Shown here in pieces: positions 29,517 through 38,821 of a stretch of DNA of 64,000 bases (position 1 is the stretch's first letter; each line of letters begins with the position of its first letter). The notes beneath the pieces are model-generated. The model was not told the origin of the DNA, searched no databases, and worked only from the letters and a program-made list of their open reading frames with translations. The DNA comes from Candidatus Latescibacterota bacterium (GTDB lineage Bacteria > Latescibacterota > UBA2968 > UBA8231): assembly GCA_965217585.1 (NCBI GenBank), contig OZ244561.1, forward strand, positions 3,392,001 to 3,456,000. Direction: 5' to 3'. The translations under genes were made by a program, and so were the position numbers.

Positions 29517-31025
29517 GTGAAAAACTTTGTTCGATTGCTGCTTGTATTCGTCGTTGCTTGCGCTGGCGAGCAGGCGACCGAAACCCGCACCGAGCCTGTG
29601 TATCCCCCTGTGGTGCAGGCCTATTGCGGCATGTGCCACGCCACGCCTGCGCCGAGCGTGTTGACGCGCCGGGTGTGGCCCGAGAAGATGTCGCTGATGT
29701 TCGACTTGCTGTGGCAGCAGAGGAATATACGGCTATCCGCAGAGGAACGCCGGATATGCTTGGAGTTTTACGAGGAGAACGCGCCCGAAGCGTTTGCTGC
29801 CCTGCCCCCGGATACGAGCGATGTGGCGAAATTTTTCAGGAAAATTCCCCTGGGGCAGCCGGTGCAGGATTCCGCGTCGCGTCCCATGATTTGCAACGTC
29901 GCCGTCGGCGATTTAGACCAGGATCGCCAGCCCGACATTCTGGTCTGCGACGCCCAGTACGATGTCCTGTCGTGGATTCACCAGGAGGGCAATCGGGGCG
30001 TGGAAACGCCGCTCGCGGAATTGAAGGCACCGGCGCGGTCGGAAGTTTTCGACCTGGAGGGCGACGGCGACTTGGACATCGTCGTCGCGCTGTTGGGCCA
30101 ATTGATGCCCACGGACGAGCTACTCGGACAAGTGGTCCTGCTGGTCAACGACGGCCGCCAGTCCTTTACGCCTTTCGTGCTGGCAACGGGCGTTCCTCGG
30201 GTAGCGGACGTGCGACCCGCAGACTTGGACGGCGACGGCGACTGGGACTTTGCGCTCGCCATGTTCGGCTGGCGTCGCACGGGCGAAGTCGCGTGGCTAG
30301 AATACAAATCCGGCGATCAATACAACGAGCTTCACACCTTGTCGAGCAAAAGCGGCTGTACGCACGTGCCCATCGGCGATCTCAATGGCGACGACCAGCC
30401 CGACATCATCGCCCTGATCACCCAGGAATTTGAACAGATCGTCGCGTTTATCAACCAGGGCGGTGGCGCGTTTGCCGAGCACGTCTTGTTCGAAGCGCGC
30501 AACCCGGCGTTTGGTTCGTCGGGCATTGAGTTGGTCGATCTGGATCAGGACGCCGACCTCGACATTTTGTTTACCAACGGCGATGGTTTCGACGGCACGG
30601 ATGCCAAGCCGTATCACGGGGTGCAGTGGCTGGAGAACATGGGCGAGTTGCGCTTTGAGTACCGGGATCTCACCCGGTTCTACGGAGCGTACGCAGCCAA
30701 TGCCGGCGACCTCGACTTAGACGGCGACTTGGATATTGTCGTGGCCAGTTGCATCGCCGACCAATCGGCCCGTTGGGAAGACTTGCCCCGCCAGGGTTTG
30801 ATCTGGTTGGAAAACGACGGCCAGCAGCGCTTCACGCGCCATTCAATTACCAGCGATCCCGCTAATTTCGTGACCGCTGATCTTGGTGATTTAGATGGCG
30901 ATGGGCGGCTAGATATTATCACCGGGGGGATGCACATTTTTCCGCCGGTGCCGCCGCTGGACCACTTGGGACGGGTGAGTTTGTGGTTGAATCGCCTAGA
31001 CGTGGATGGGCAGGATGGGGGATAG
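29517..31025 (+). CDS. Monoheme cytochrome c (CGMCH) plus FG-GAP propeller lipoprotein (paralog 2)
   Basis: VVAC lipobox, CxxCH and FG-GAP repeats. Long blocks are near-identical to 2780..4381. Confidence 0.85.
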   Translation: MKNFVRLLLVFVVACAGEQATETRTEPVYPPVVQAYCGMCHATPAPSVLTRRVWPEKMSLMFDLLWQQRNIRLSAEERRICLEFYEENAPEAFAALPPDTSDVAKFFRKIPLGQPVQDSASRPMICNVAVGDLDQDRQPDILVCDAQYDVLSWIHQEGNRGVETPLAELKAPARSEVFDLEGDGDLDIVVALLGQLMPTDELLGQVVLLVNDGRQSFTPFVLATGVPRVADVRPADLDGDGDWDFALAMFGWRRTGEVAWLEYKSGDQYNELHTLSSKSGCTHVPIGDLNGDDQPDIIALITQEFEQIVAFINQGGGAFAEHVLFEARNPAFGSSGIELVDLDQDADLDILFTNGDGFDGTDAKPYHGVQWLENMGELRFEYRDLTRFYGAYAANAGDLDLDGDLDIVVASCIADQSARWEDLPRQGLIWLENDGQQRFTRHSITSDPANFVTADLGDLDGDGRLDIITGGMHIFPPVPPLDHLGRVSLWLNRLDVDGQDGG

Positions 31026-31045
31026 GGGAAACGGGATTAGGACGC

Positions 31046-31081
31046 AAAAGGGACGGGCCAATCGACCCGTCCCCTTTTTTT
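31046..31081. terminator. Bidirectional intrinsic terminator
   Basis: AAAAGGGACGGGCC-aat-CGACCCGTCCCCTTTTTTT hairpin between convergent genes. Confidence 0.85.
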
Positions 31082-31098
31082 GCGTATTGCTGCGGAGC

Positions 31099-32037
31099 TT
31101 ATTCGCTGAAGTGGTTTTTGATGCGCGCCCAGGTGACGTGCTCGACAGCGGTCCCTACGTCGGTAAAGGAGTCTGGGTAGTTCTCTATGTCTGCGGTCAG
31201 CAGGCATAGGGCGTCGGCGGCTTGGTCCGCATCGACCATGCCGTTGACTTCGGGAACACCAGCTTGTCCCCAGAAATCCGACTCGCCGTGCGGGCCTTCG
31301 TCGCCTTCCTCAAACTGGACGACAATATGCAATACTTGGTCGGGGGCAAAGACGTGTTGGATGCTCGCTGCTTCCCCGGAGACATCGTATATGTCCCACA
31401 GTTTTGCCTTCAGCTCAAAGGTGTACTCCACATTGGGCGTGAGGTGCCCGGCATCCGCCGGCGCAACCGTGGTGCGATAGCGCATGTTGTGGGGCTGGAT
31501 GCTAAAGGGCTGGAAGTCGTCGTTCTCGCCCGGGCCAGCTAGACCACCGGCGTGGGGGCCGACTTCGTTGGTATGGAGCGGACTGAGATGATAGCGATAT
31601 CCGTTGGAGATTTCGTTGATGTCCTCATTGCCCGTAACAGGCCCGCCGCCGTGATCGGCGTCGAACAGGAGGTTGAGGTTGTCGTCGTCCCACCAGTTGG
31701 CCTTTTCGTTCCCCCACCCGGCGCGGAGGGTATCGTCCTTTACGCGGGCGAAGAAATAGAAGGCGTTGTCCGGGGGCGGACTCCAAGCCATAAACCACGC
31801 CATACTGAAATCGTCTGGTGCCGGATTGACCCCTTGGCCTTTCTTCTGGCCCAGAATGGAGATGATGTCGGTATTGGCGAAATCGCGGTCATACCAATCC
31901 CAATCGTCTTCCATGCCGTCTATGTTGATGGCGAGCGGGTCGGGAACGGTGGGCAAGAAGTTGGTCAGGCCGTTGTGGCCAAAGGCAGTGCCGGTAAAGG
32001 CAACTGCGAGGATGAGTAACAGCGTTGCGTGTTTCAT
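31099..32037 (-). CDS. Secreted CBM9-like protein with C-terminal TAVEHVTWARIK tail (paralog 3)
   Basis: RBS AAAGGAG, signal peptide AFG|H, and the same conserved motifs as paralogs 1 and 2. Confidence 0.8.
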   Translation of the reverse strand: MKHATLLLILAVAFTGTAFGHNGLTNFLPTVPDPLAINIDGMEDDWDWYDRDFANTDIISILGQKKGQGVNPAPDDFSMAWFMAWSPPPDNAFYFFARVKDDTLRAGWGNEKANWWDDDNLNLLFDADHGGGPVTGNEDINEISNGYRYHLSPLHTNEVGPHAGGLAGPGENDDFQPFSIQPHNMRYRTTVAPADAGHLTPNVEYTFELKAKLWDIYDVSGEAASIQHVFAPDQVLHIVVQFEEGDEGPHGESDFWGQAGVPEVNGMVDADQAADALCLLTADIENYPDSFTDVGTAVEHVTWARIKNHFSE

Positions 32038-32119
32038 CCTGTCTCCTTTGTAGTGTGAAAGGGGTGACGCCCATAGGGGGCTGGCGTTGTCGCTTCTTTT
32101 GTTAGGGCCGTCTATGGCA

Positions 32120-32149
32120 ATGATAGGAAATAAAAGGATTCGCTGTCAA
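32120..32149 (-). promoter_or_regulatory. Putative sigma70 promoter for paralog 3
   Basis: On the minus strand: TTGACA, 18-nt spacer, TATCAT. Confidence 0.65.
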
Positions 32150-32312
32150 GCGTTGGCGAATTTCTACCGACAAAAAGGAGGTGAAGCGGGCATTCTCGTC
32201 TGCCATTGGCGTCCTCTAGGAGCATTGGAAGGAGAGAAATCCAAACCTATATTGAGTCTAATTCGCCTCGGCGCACTGCTGCCGAGCATACATTTTACAG
32301 AGAGGAACGCCG

Positions 32313-33242
32313 ATGTTTAAGACGAGGATTGTTGCGCTTGCCGGCGCGCTACTGGCCTTGAGTGCGCCCTTGGCCGAGGCCAAGACCTTTTACTGGATTT
32401 CGCACGGCTCGCCCGCCGATCCGGTATGGACGTATTTCCTAGCTGGGGCGCAACAGTGGGGTCAGGATACCGGTCATCAAGTCAACACGTCCTTCCACAA
32501 CGGCGATGTGGCCTCGCACCAAGAGGCTGTGCGCGCTGCCATTGCCGCTGGGGCCGACGGCATTGTCACCAGCAGCCCCGACCCGGGCAGCTTGGTGCAA
32601 GTGGCCAAGGAAGCCAACGACGCCAACATTCCCATCATCAACATGAATACGCCCGACCCCACTGCTAGTTTTGACGCCTATGTCGGGGGCGACTTGGTGA
32701 CGACCGGCCGGCAGTGGGCGCAGTATCTGGTCGATAAAGGCCACGTCAAATCCGGCGATTTCGTCTGGATGCCGGTGGAAGTGCCAGGTGCGACCTATGG
32801 CGTCCAAGAGGAACAAGGCGTCGCCAGTGTCTTTGAGCCGTTGGGCATCACTTGGGAAGTCACCGACGCTACCCTCGATCAGGCCGAAGTCATCGCCCGC
32901 ATGGTTGACTACATGACGGCCAACGGCGACAACATCGACGCGATCATCGGCCTTGGAGATCTGGTCACCGGCAGCATCAAGCGCGTCTTTGACCAAGCCG
33001 GTTTCGCCCCCGGCGATATTCCCGTCGTCGGCTGGGGCAACTCGCTCGACACCACCCAAGAAGTCCTCAGCGGCTACGTCAACGCGGCCATGTGGCAAGA
33101 TCCGCTGGCGATCAGTTACATGGCGCTGTCGTTGGCCTCCATGGCTGCCAGCGGCATTCCGCCTGGTTTCGACGTCACTACTGGCGCGCTCTACGAGGCC
33201 GATAAGGCCCAGCTCTACGACGATATCCTGTCGGGCGAATAG
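32313..33242 (+). CDS. Sugar ABC transporter substrate-binding protein (RbsB-like)
   Basis: Signal peptide; AAIAAGADGIV, IPII.N and YVG motifs; first gene of the ABC triad. Confidence 0.9.
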   Translation: MFKTRIVALAGALLALSAPLAEAKTFYWISHGSPADPVWTYFLAGAQQWGQDTGHQVNTSFHNGDVASHQEAVRAAIAAGADGIVTSSPDPGSLVQVAKEANDANIPIINMNTPDPTASFDAYVGGDLVTTGRQWAQYLVDKGHVKSGDFVWMPVEVPGATYGVQEEQGVASVFEPLGITWEVTDATLDQAEVIARMVDYMTANGDNIDAIIGLGDLVTGSIKRVFDQAGFAPGDIPVVGWGNSLDTTQEVLSGYVNAAMWQDPLAISYMALSLASMAASGIPPGFDVTTGALYEADKAQLYDDILSGE

Positions 33243-34223
33243 ATGAACGCGGTTGTACAGCGCATGATGTCGAGGCCGGAATTCGGCCCGTTCGTTCTGC
33301 TGGTCGCCATGATTTTCGTCTTCTGGCAGATCAATCCGGCGTTTCTATCGCCGCGCAACATCGGCAACATGCTGGCCTTCACGGTGGAGTTAGGGCTGAT
33401 CGCGCTGGCCATGACCCTGCTGATGACGGCCGGCGAATTCGACCTTTCAGTCGGCTCGTTGTTCGGATTCTGCCCAGTGCTCATGTGGACCCTGTACAAC
33501 ACCGGGGCTACGTCCATTGAGGTCGGCTTTGTCCTCGCCTTGGGCATGGCTGCGGCTATCGGCCTGTGCAGCGGCTTGTTCGTCACGCGCTTGCGGATTC
33601 CCTCGTTTTTGGTGACGCTCGGCATGTTGCTGGTCGTGCGGGGCAGTGCGTTGGTGGTGACCAGAGGGTTCCCGCAGCGAACTTGGGACGCCGAGGATCT
33701 CTTCCTCGCCGAGGTACTGGTCGGGGATTTCAACGTGGCTAGCCTACGCGTGTACATGTCGTTGTTTTGGTTTGTGGCGGCGGCGCTGTTGCTCGGCTAT
33801 CTGCTGACGCAGACCAAGATGGGGAACTGGCTCCAAGCTGCAGGCGGCAATGCCGAGGTCGCCCGCGCCCGCGGGGTGGCCGTAGAGCGCACCAAAGTCA
33901 AGCTGTTTGTCCTCTCAGCCGTCATGGCGGGTTTCGCTGGCATCATTAGCTCCATTCGCACGGCTGCGGCCAATCCCAACAGCGGCACTGGCTACGAACT
34001 GGAGGTCATCGCCATGGTCGTGATTGGGGGGACGGCCCTGACGGGCGGGCGCGGCACGATCATCGGCACGGTGCTCGGCGTGTTCATCTTGCGCCTGATG
34101 CGCAACGGTATCGTGCTCATTGGCGTGCCTGGACTGGCGTACAACATTTTCATCGGCGCGATCATCTTGGCCATGATGGCCCTGCATTCGTGGGTGGACC
34201 GCCGCCGACAGAGGGAGGCATAA
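33243..34223 (+). CDS. Sugar ABC transporter permease (RbsC-like)
   Basis: GEFDLSVGS, IPSFLVTLG and GYELEVIAMVVIGGT.L.GG.G motifs. Confidence 0.95.
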   Translation: MNAVVQRMMSRPEFGPFVLLVAMIFVFWQINPAFLSPRNIGNMLAFTVELGLIALAMTLLMTAGEFDLSVGSLFGFCPVLMWTLYNTGATSIEVGFVLALGMAAAIGLCSGLFVTRLRIPSFLVTLGMLLVVRGSALVVTRGFPQRTWDAEDLFLAEVLVGDFNVASLRVYMSLFWFVAAALLLGYLLTQTKMGNWLQAAGGNAEVARARGVAVERTKVKLFVLSAVMAGFAGIISSIRTAAANPNSGTGYELEVIAMVVIGGTALTGGRGTIIGTVLGVFILRLMRNGIVLIGVPGLAYNIFIGAIILAMMALHSWVDRRRQREA

Positions 34224-34226
34224 CCC

Positions 34227-35018
34227 ATGGCCGCACCCCTAGTCAAAATGCACGACATCAGCAAGTCCTACGGACGGGTGCGCGCCCTCGAAAACGTCCA
34301 CTTGACGGTCAACGAGCGCGAGATCGTCGGCTTGCTCGGCGACAATGGGGCCGGTAAATCCACGCTGATCAAAATTCTCTCTGGGGCCGTTCCCGCCAGC
34401 AGCGGCGACATCTTCATTCGCGGCGAACGAGCCGACATCAAGAGCACCGCCGACGCGATTGGCTACGGCATTGAAACCATCTATCAGGACTCCGCCCTCG
34501 TAGCGGAATTGTCCATTGCGCGGAATTTTTTCTTGGGCCGCGAACCCCTGAAAGGTCCTGCGTTTTTAGGGCGCATGGACCAAGAGACGATGGCGAATGT
34601 GGCCCGTGCCTTGCTCAAGCAGGTGGGCATTGAAAAGGACATTCCCCCGACGACGCCCATCGGCGCGCTGTCGGGCGGCGAGCGCCAATCCGTGGCCATT
34701 GCGCGAGCCATGCACTTCGATAGCGAGCTAATCATTCTCGACGAGCCGACCAACAATCTAGGAGTCGCGGAGACGCAAGGCGTCTTGCGCTTTGTCCGCA
34801 ACGCCCGCGACTCGGGCCACTCCTGCATCTTCATCGCGCACAACATCCACCACGTCTTCCAGGTCGTGGACCGGATTGTGGTGCTGCGCCAAGGCCGCGT
34901 CGTCGCCGACGACATCGATCCCAAGGAGACGACCGTTGCCGAGGTGGAGCAGGTTATTACGGGGATGGCTAGGGGCGACCGGCCGGTCGCCCCTACATCG
35001 GGGATTGGCGGTGGTTAA
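34227..35018 (+). CDS. Sugar ABC transporter ATP-binding protein
   Basis: GDNGAGKST, LSGGERQ and IILDEPT motifs. Confidence 0.95.
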   Translation: MAAPLVKMHDISKSYGRVRALENVHLTVNEREIVGLLGDNGAGKSTLIKILSGAVPASSGDIFIRGERADIKSTADAIGYGIETIYQDSALVAELSIARNFFLGREPLKGPAFLGRMDQETMANVARALLKQVGIEKDIPPTTPIGALSGGERQSVAIARAMHFDSELIILDEPTNNLGVAETQGVLRFVRNARDSGHSCIFIAHNIHHVFQVVDRIVVLRQGRVVADDIDPKETTVAEVEQVITGMARGDRPVAPTSGIGGG

Positions 35019-36097
35019 TCCGCGTTGTCGGCGATGGATACCTCGCCCGTCGCTGCCCGATCGGCCAAAGCTTGGGCCTCGCTCGTCGGTAAGTTGCCGT
35101 TTTCAACGATGAGCACGTTGCCCCCGATGTCGACGAGGTTGGCTAGCCCCGCGAGGCTAGTCAGTTTTTCGTTGTTGTAGATGTTGCAGTCTTGGGCGAC
35201 CTGCGCAAGGCTTTCCAACCCCGCCAACGTAGTCAGCTTTTCGTTGTTGTAAATGTTGAGGTCGCCACCGACGCGGCTGAGACTTGCTAGCCCGGCGATG
35301 CTCGTCAGCCGCGGGTTGCTGTAAACGCTCAGATCTTGGCCGACGCGCGTTAGACTGGATACGTCCTCGACGATGTCCAACGCGGCATTGCGTCCAATGC
35401 GCAAGCTGCCGCCAATCTCCTTTAGAGACGATACATCTTCTATCGTGGCGAGGGCTAGGTTGTCCTCGACGACGAGGTCGCCGCCGACGCGGCTGAGATT
35501 CGAAAGGTCCTCTATGAGCGCAAGAGAGGGGTTGAACGCGATGATGAAGCTGCCGCCGACCGCGGTGAGGCCGAACAGGCCATCGACATTGGCCAATTGG
35601 TTGTTGTTGTCGATGCGCACGTTGCCGGCGACCGCGTTGAGTTTGATTAGGCCGTCCACAGCGATCAGCTTGTCGTTGTGGGAGACGCTGAAGTGCCCGC
35701 CGATTGTGTGGAGGAAGGACAGCCCCTTGAGATCGACGAGTTCGTCGTTGTCGTGGATGGCGACGTTTCCACCCACGGAGACGAGCTCGTTTAGCCCCTC
35801 GAAGTTTTTGAGTTCGTCGTTGTCGTGGATGGTGAGGTTGCCATCCACGGAGACGAGCTGGCTCAAGCCCTCAAAAAGGGCGAGGTTCAGGCGCGTAATT
35901 TCGAGGTCGCCAGCAATGGTGTAATTGCACCGTCCCTCCTTATCGAGGGCATCCGCGTCTTCGCGCGAGCGCACGATGTGGTTGCCCGGCAGGACGTTAT
36001 CTTCACAGTCGCCGTTTGCGATGCTATCCACGCCCGCGTCCTCGCCGCACCCGGCCAAGACGAGTAACAAGACGAATAGGTTCGCTGCGGCGATCAA
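35015..36097 (-). CDS. Receptor L-domain-like leucine-rich repeat lipoprotein
   Basis: TTG start overlaps the upstream TGA. LVLAGC lipobox. About 11 tandem 24-aa repeats L..VgG.l.I..N..L..l.gL. Confidence 0.8.
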   Translation of the reverse strand: MIAAANLFVLLLVLAGCGEDAGVDSIANGDCEDNVLPGNHIVRSREDADALDKEGRCNYTIAGDLEITRLNLALFEGLSQLVSVDGNLTIHDNDELKNFEGLNELVSVGGNVAIHDNDELVDLKGLSFLHTIGGHFSVSHNDKLIAVDGLIKLNAVAGNVRIDNNNQLANVDGLFGLTAVGGSFIIAFNPSLALIEDLSNLSRVGGDLVVEDNLALATIEDVSSLKEIGGSLRIGRNAALDIVEDVSSLTRVGQDLSVYSNPRLTSIAGLASLSRVGGDLNIYNNEKLTTLAGLESLAQVAQDCNIYNNEKLTSLAGLANLVDIGGNVLIVENGNLPTSEAQALADRAATGEVSIADNAD

Positions 36098-37353
36098 TCT
36101 AGATACCCGAGGGCGCGCAGACGTTCTTGGAGGATCTCGGCCTCGCCAGCCGTTGCTCCTTGAGCCTGCATCTGTTGATACGCAGAGCGATCCCGCAAGG
36201 CGCGATATTGCTCGCGGTAGTGCGAGGGCTCCGCGCAAACCAGATCGTCGTCACCGTGGCGCAGGTCGCGCAGGACGTATGCGCCCGTCTGTTCGTTCTC
36301 GCGGTAGAAATGCCGCCCATCGCACAGGCACCACTCGCGGATGCCCTCGGTATAGCGCGCTATTTCCTCGCCGTCGATAGCCGTAGGCGAGGTGACGCGC
36401 TCCTCGGGCAGGCGCAGATTGTCGGCGCTGAGAAAACCCACTCCGTACAGGCTATCCAGCTCAGATAATACCCAACGCTCGGCCGACGCCGCGCTCGGCT
36501 CCAGCCAGTTCTGCCCAAACCCCCGGTAGTCAACGGGTAGGTCGGCCAACGCCGCGATGGTCGGAAAGAGGTCGATGGCGGAGACGGCCCCATCGCGCGG
36601 AAAGGAGAAGCCGCCCGGCACGTGTGCCAGCATGGGCACGTGGACCACGTTGGGATGCAGCCGGTCGCCATGCGCCATAACCTCCCGACAAAACCCCTCG
36701 CCGTGATCGCCGCAGATAAAGACCGTCCACTCGTCGAGGTCGATTCGCTTGAGTAGCTCGACGAGGGAAAACTCCAGCACGTGGGTCACCGCCGCTTCGT
36801 AGTAGCGCAGAGCTTCTTCTACCTGACCAGCCGCCACTAGCTGACCCAGATTGGGCGGATGGGGTATGCCGCCCAAGCCGTAGCCGCCATGCGTGTACCA
36901 AAAGTGGAGGAACTTAAACTGCGGTCCGCTCGGCTCGACCAGTTCGGTACACAAGCGTTCGAGCGATCCCAAGTGCTGCTGGGTGGCTGATGGATCGACT
37001 GGCCCGATAAAAGGCGCGAAGTCGAGGAAGCGGAATACGTCCGGCCGCTCGGAAAAACCCCGGACGCTGTACCCGGCCGCAGCAAAAACGTCGAACAGGT
37101 TGACTACGTCCGCGAACATCTTCAGGTAGGTCTGCCCAAAAAGCCCGTGCTCAAAAGGATATAGCCCGGTGAACAGCGAGGTGTGCGAAGGGCGAGTCGC
37201 CGGCGCGGTGACAAAGTAGCGCTCAGCAAAGGCGTAATCCCGAGTCAGCAGATCGAATTTGGGCGTGTTCATCCTCGGGTTCGTCCGGCTCAGCGCATCG
37301 CGACGCCAGCAGTCGATGGATACGATCAGGAATTTGTCAATCTTTTCCGGCAT
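36094..37353 (-). CDS. Sulfatase-like/alkaline phosphatase superfamily hydrolase (Thr at the nucleophile position)
   Basis: VSIDCWRRD, TRPSHTSLFTG, GDHGE, HG..L....HVP and ERLRALGYL motifs. Confidence 0.85.
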   Translation of the reverse strand: MPEKIDKFLIVSIDCWRRDALSRTNPRMNTPKFDLLTRDYAFAERYFVTAPATRPSHTSLFTGLYPFEHGLFGQTYLKMFADVVNLFDVFAAAGYSVRGFSERPDVFRFLDFAPFIGPVDPSATQQHLGSLERLCTELVEPSGPQFKFLHFWYTHGGYGLGGIPHPPNLGQLVAAGQVEEALRYYEAAVTHVLEFSLVELLKRIDLDEWTVFICGDHGEGFCREVMAHGDRLHPNVVHVPMLAHVPGGFSFPRDGAVSAIDLFPTIAALADLPVDYRGFGQNWLEPSAASAERWVLSELDSLYGVGFLSADNLRLPEERVTSPTAIDGEEIARYTEGIREWCLCDGRHFYRENEQTGAYVLRDLRHGDDDLVCAEPSHYREQYRALRDRSAYQQMQAQGATAGEAEILQERLRALGYLD

Positions 37354-37365
37354 CCTCTCTCCCCG

Positions 37366-38739
37366 TCAATCGAGCAGCCGTGCGTTGTACTGGCGTGGCG
37401 TATGTCGATAGCCGCCAAACCGCCCTTCGTCGAGCGGCGCGGGCGTATAGATGTACACGGCATCGCTGTATGGATCGTAGAGCACCACTTCCTCGCGCTC
37501 GTCGCCACACACATCGGCTGGAAAACAGTGATACCAGCCCATCTTGCCGCCGGTCGGCGTGGGTAGCTCTGGGAAGGTTGCGACCTTGTGGCCATGGCCG
37601 TTGAAGAGGGCCGCCGGACTGTACAGCAAATCTCCTTGCTCCGGCTCGTTCCAGCGCACGATTTCCATTCCCGTGTTATTTGGCGACTCATCTACCCGGA
37701 AGCGGCTGAGCACAACACCGTCTTGCGCGACGATCATCACGTCCGCATGGTGCCCATTGTAGCGGATGGCCAATTCGCGGCCCGGTAGCTCGGGCCGCAA
37801 GTTGCCGTAGCGCACCTCTTGCCCGTGTGGCACCACGTCCGCCCCCAAGTGCAGTAGGCGTCGTCCGCTGCCGTCGAGCACTTGGCCGCCGCCCGAGACA
37901 ATGGCCGCTGGTTCCGTTCCCCACTGATCGACCAACACGCTGTCTGCGTGGTCGCCTAAAAAGGTTTCCCACAACACGCGCCCGTCGTGGTCGAGGCCGA
38001 AGTGCCCGCCGTTGACCTCGTCGCGCCCATCGCCGTCCAAGTCGCCAACGGCCGGAATGTACGCCGCATGCCCCGGATAGCGATGCCACTTGCTGCGATA
38101 GTGCCACAGCACTTCGAGCTGGTCGTTGAACGCGAGCATATCGCTGCCTAGCTTGACGACAAAATCGCGCGGCTGGTCGTGCCCGGAGAAGTTGGCGATC
38201 AGCAGCCGCTGATGCACGTAGTTGGGGACGTGCATTTCCCCGTCCGCGTAGGCGTTGCAGCGCGCCAGTTCCTCGGGCGCGGCGCAGCGTTTGACCGCAC
38301 CCGTGCGCCCGTCGAGGATGGCGATATGCACGTCTGCGAGGTTCCATTTGCTGGTGCGTTTCACATGGGGATCAACGAGGAAGCAGAGGACTTCTTGCCG
38401 CCCGTCTTGGTCGATGTCGCAGATGGCCACCGGCCCCGGGCGGTCGGGAGAAATCGTCGCGAGGCGTCCCGGCTCGTCCGCGTCGAGCGCGGTGAAATCC
38501 CGATTCCCCACCGCCCAAAGCGGCTCTCCAGCAAGCGAAAAGGCCCCTAGAAAGCAGGGTTTGATGCCCCCTAGGGCATTGTACACGAGGAAATCGACCT
38601 GCCCGTCTCCAGTCAGGTCGCCGATGCGAATGTCCCCGCCGGTGCGCTCGCGGACGAACTCGTCGGGCAGGGGAATTTTTTTGTAGAGTACGGCCGCGGC
38701 GTCTTGCAAGGATCGCAACTCATGGCTTGGCGTGAGCAA
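37366..38739 (-). CDS. Beta-propeller protein with DxDGDG Ca loops, rhamnogalacturonan lyase family 11-like
   Basis: GDLTGDG, DIDQDG..E, GH....GDLDGDGRDE, H.D, HGQ and ADVCGDEREEVV motifs. Confidence 0.6.
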   Translation of the reverse strand: MLTPSHELRSLQDAAAVLYKKIPLPDEFVRERTGGDIRIGDLTGDGQVDFLVYNALGGIKPCFLGAFSLAGEPLWAVGNRDFTALDADEPGRLATISPDRPGPVAICDIDQDGRQEVLCFLVDPHVKRTSKWNLADVHIAILDGRTGAVKRCAAPEELARCNAYADGEMHVPNYVHQRLLIANFSGHDQPRDFVVKLGSDMLAFNDQLEVLWHYRSKWHRYPGHAAYIPAVGDLDGDGRDEVNGGHFGLDHDGRVLWETFLGDHADSVLVDQWGTEPAAIVSGGGQVLDGSGRRLLHLGADVVPHGQEVRYGNLRPELPGRELAIRYNGHHADVMIVAQDGVVLSRFRVDESPNNTGMEIVRWNEPEQGDLLYSPAALFNGHGHKVATFPELPTPTGGKMGWYHCFPADVCGDEREEVVLYDPYSDAVYIYTPAPLDEGRFGGYRHTPRQYNARLLD

Positions 38740-38821
38740 AATGTTGCGAGAATATACGCATAGAGGCGTCCGATGCGAAGATTAGCTAGATTGTAGTCAA
38801 CATACCAACGAAAGGAGCCAC

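Noticed and set aside
36098-36238. N-terminal extension of the L-domain ORF; likewise the extensions at 10828, 12911 and 17786
   Set aside because: They overlap upstream genes or spacers; signal peptides and RBS or stop-start overlaps identify later starts.
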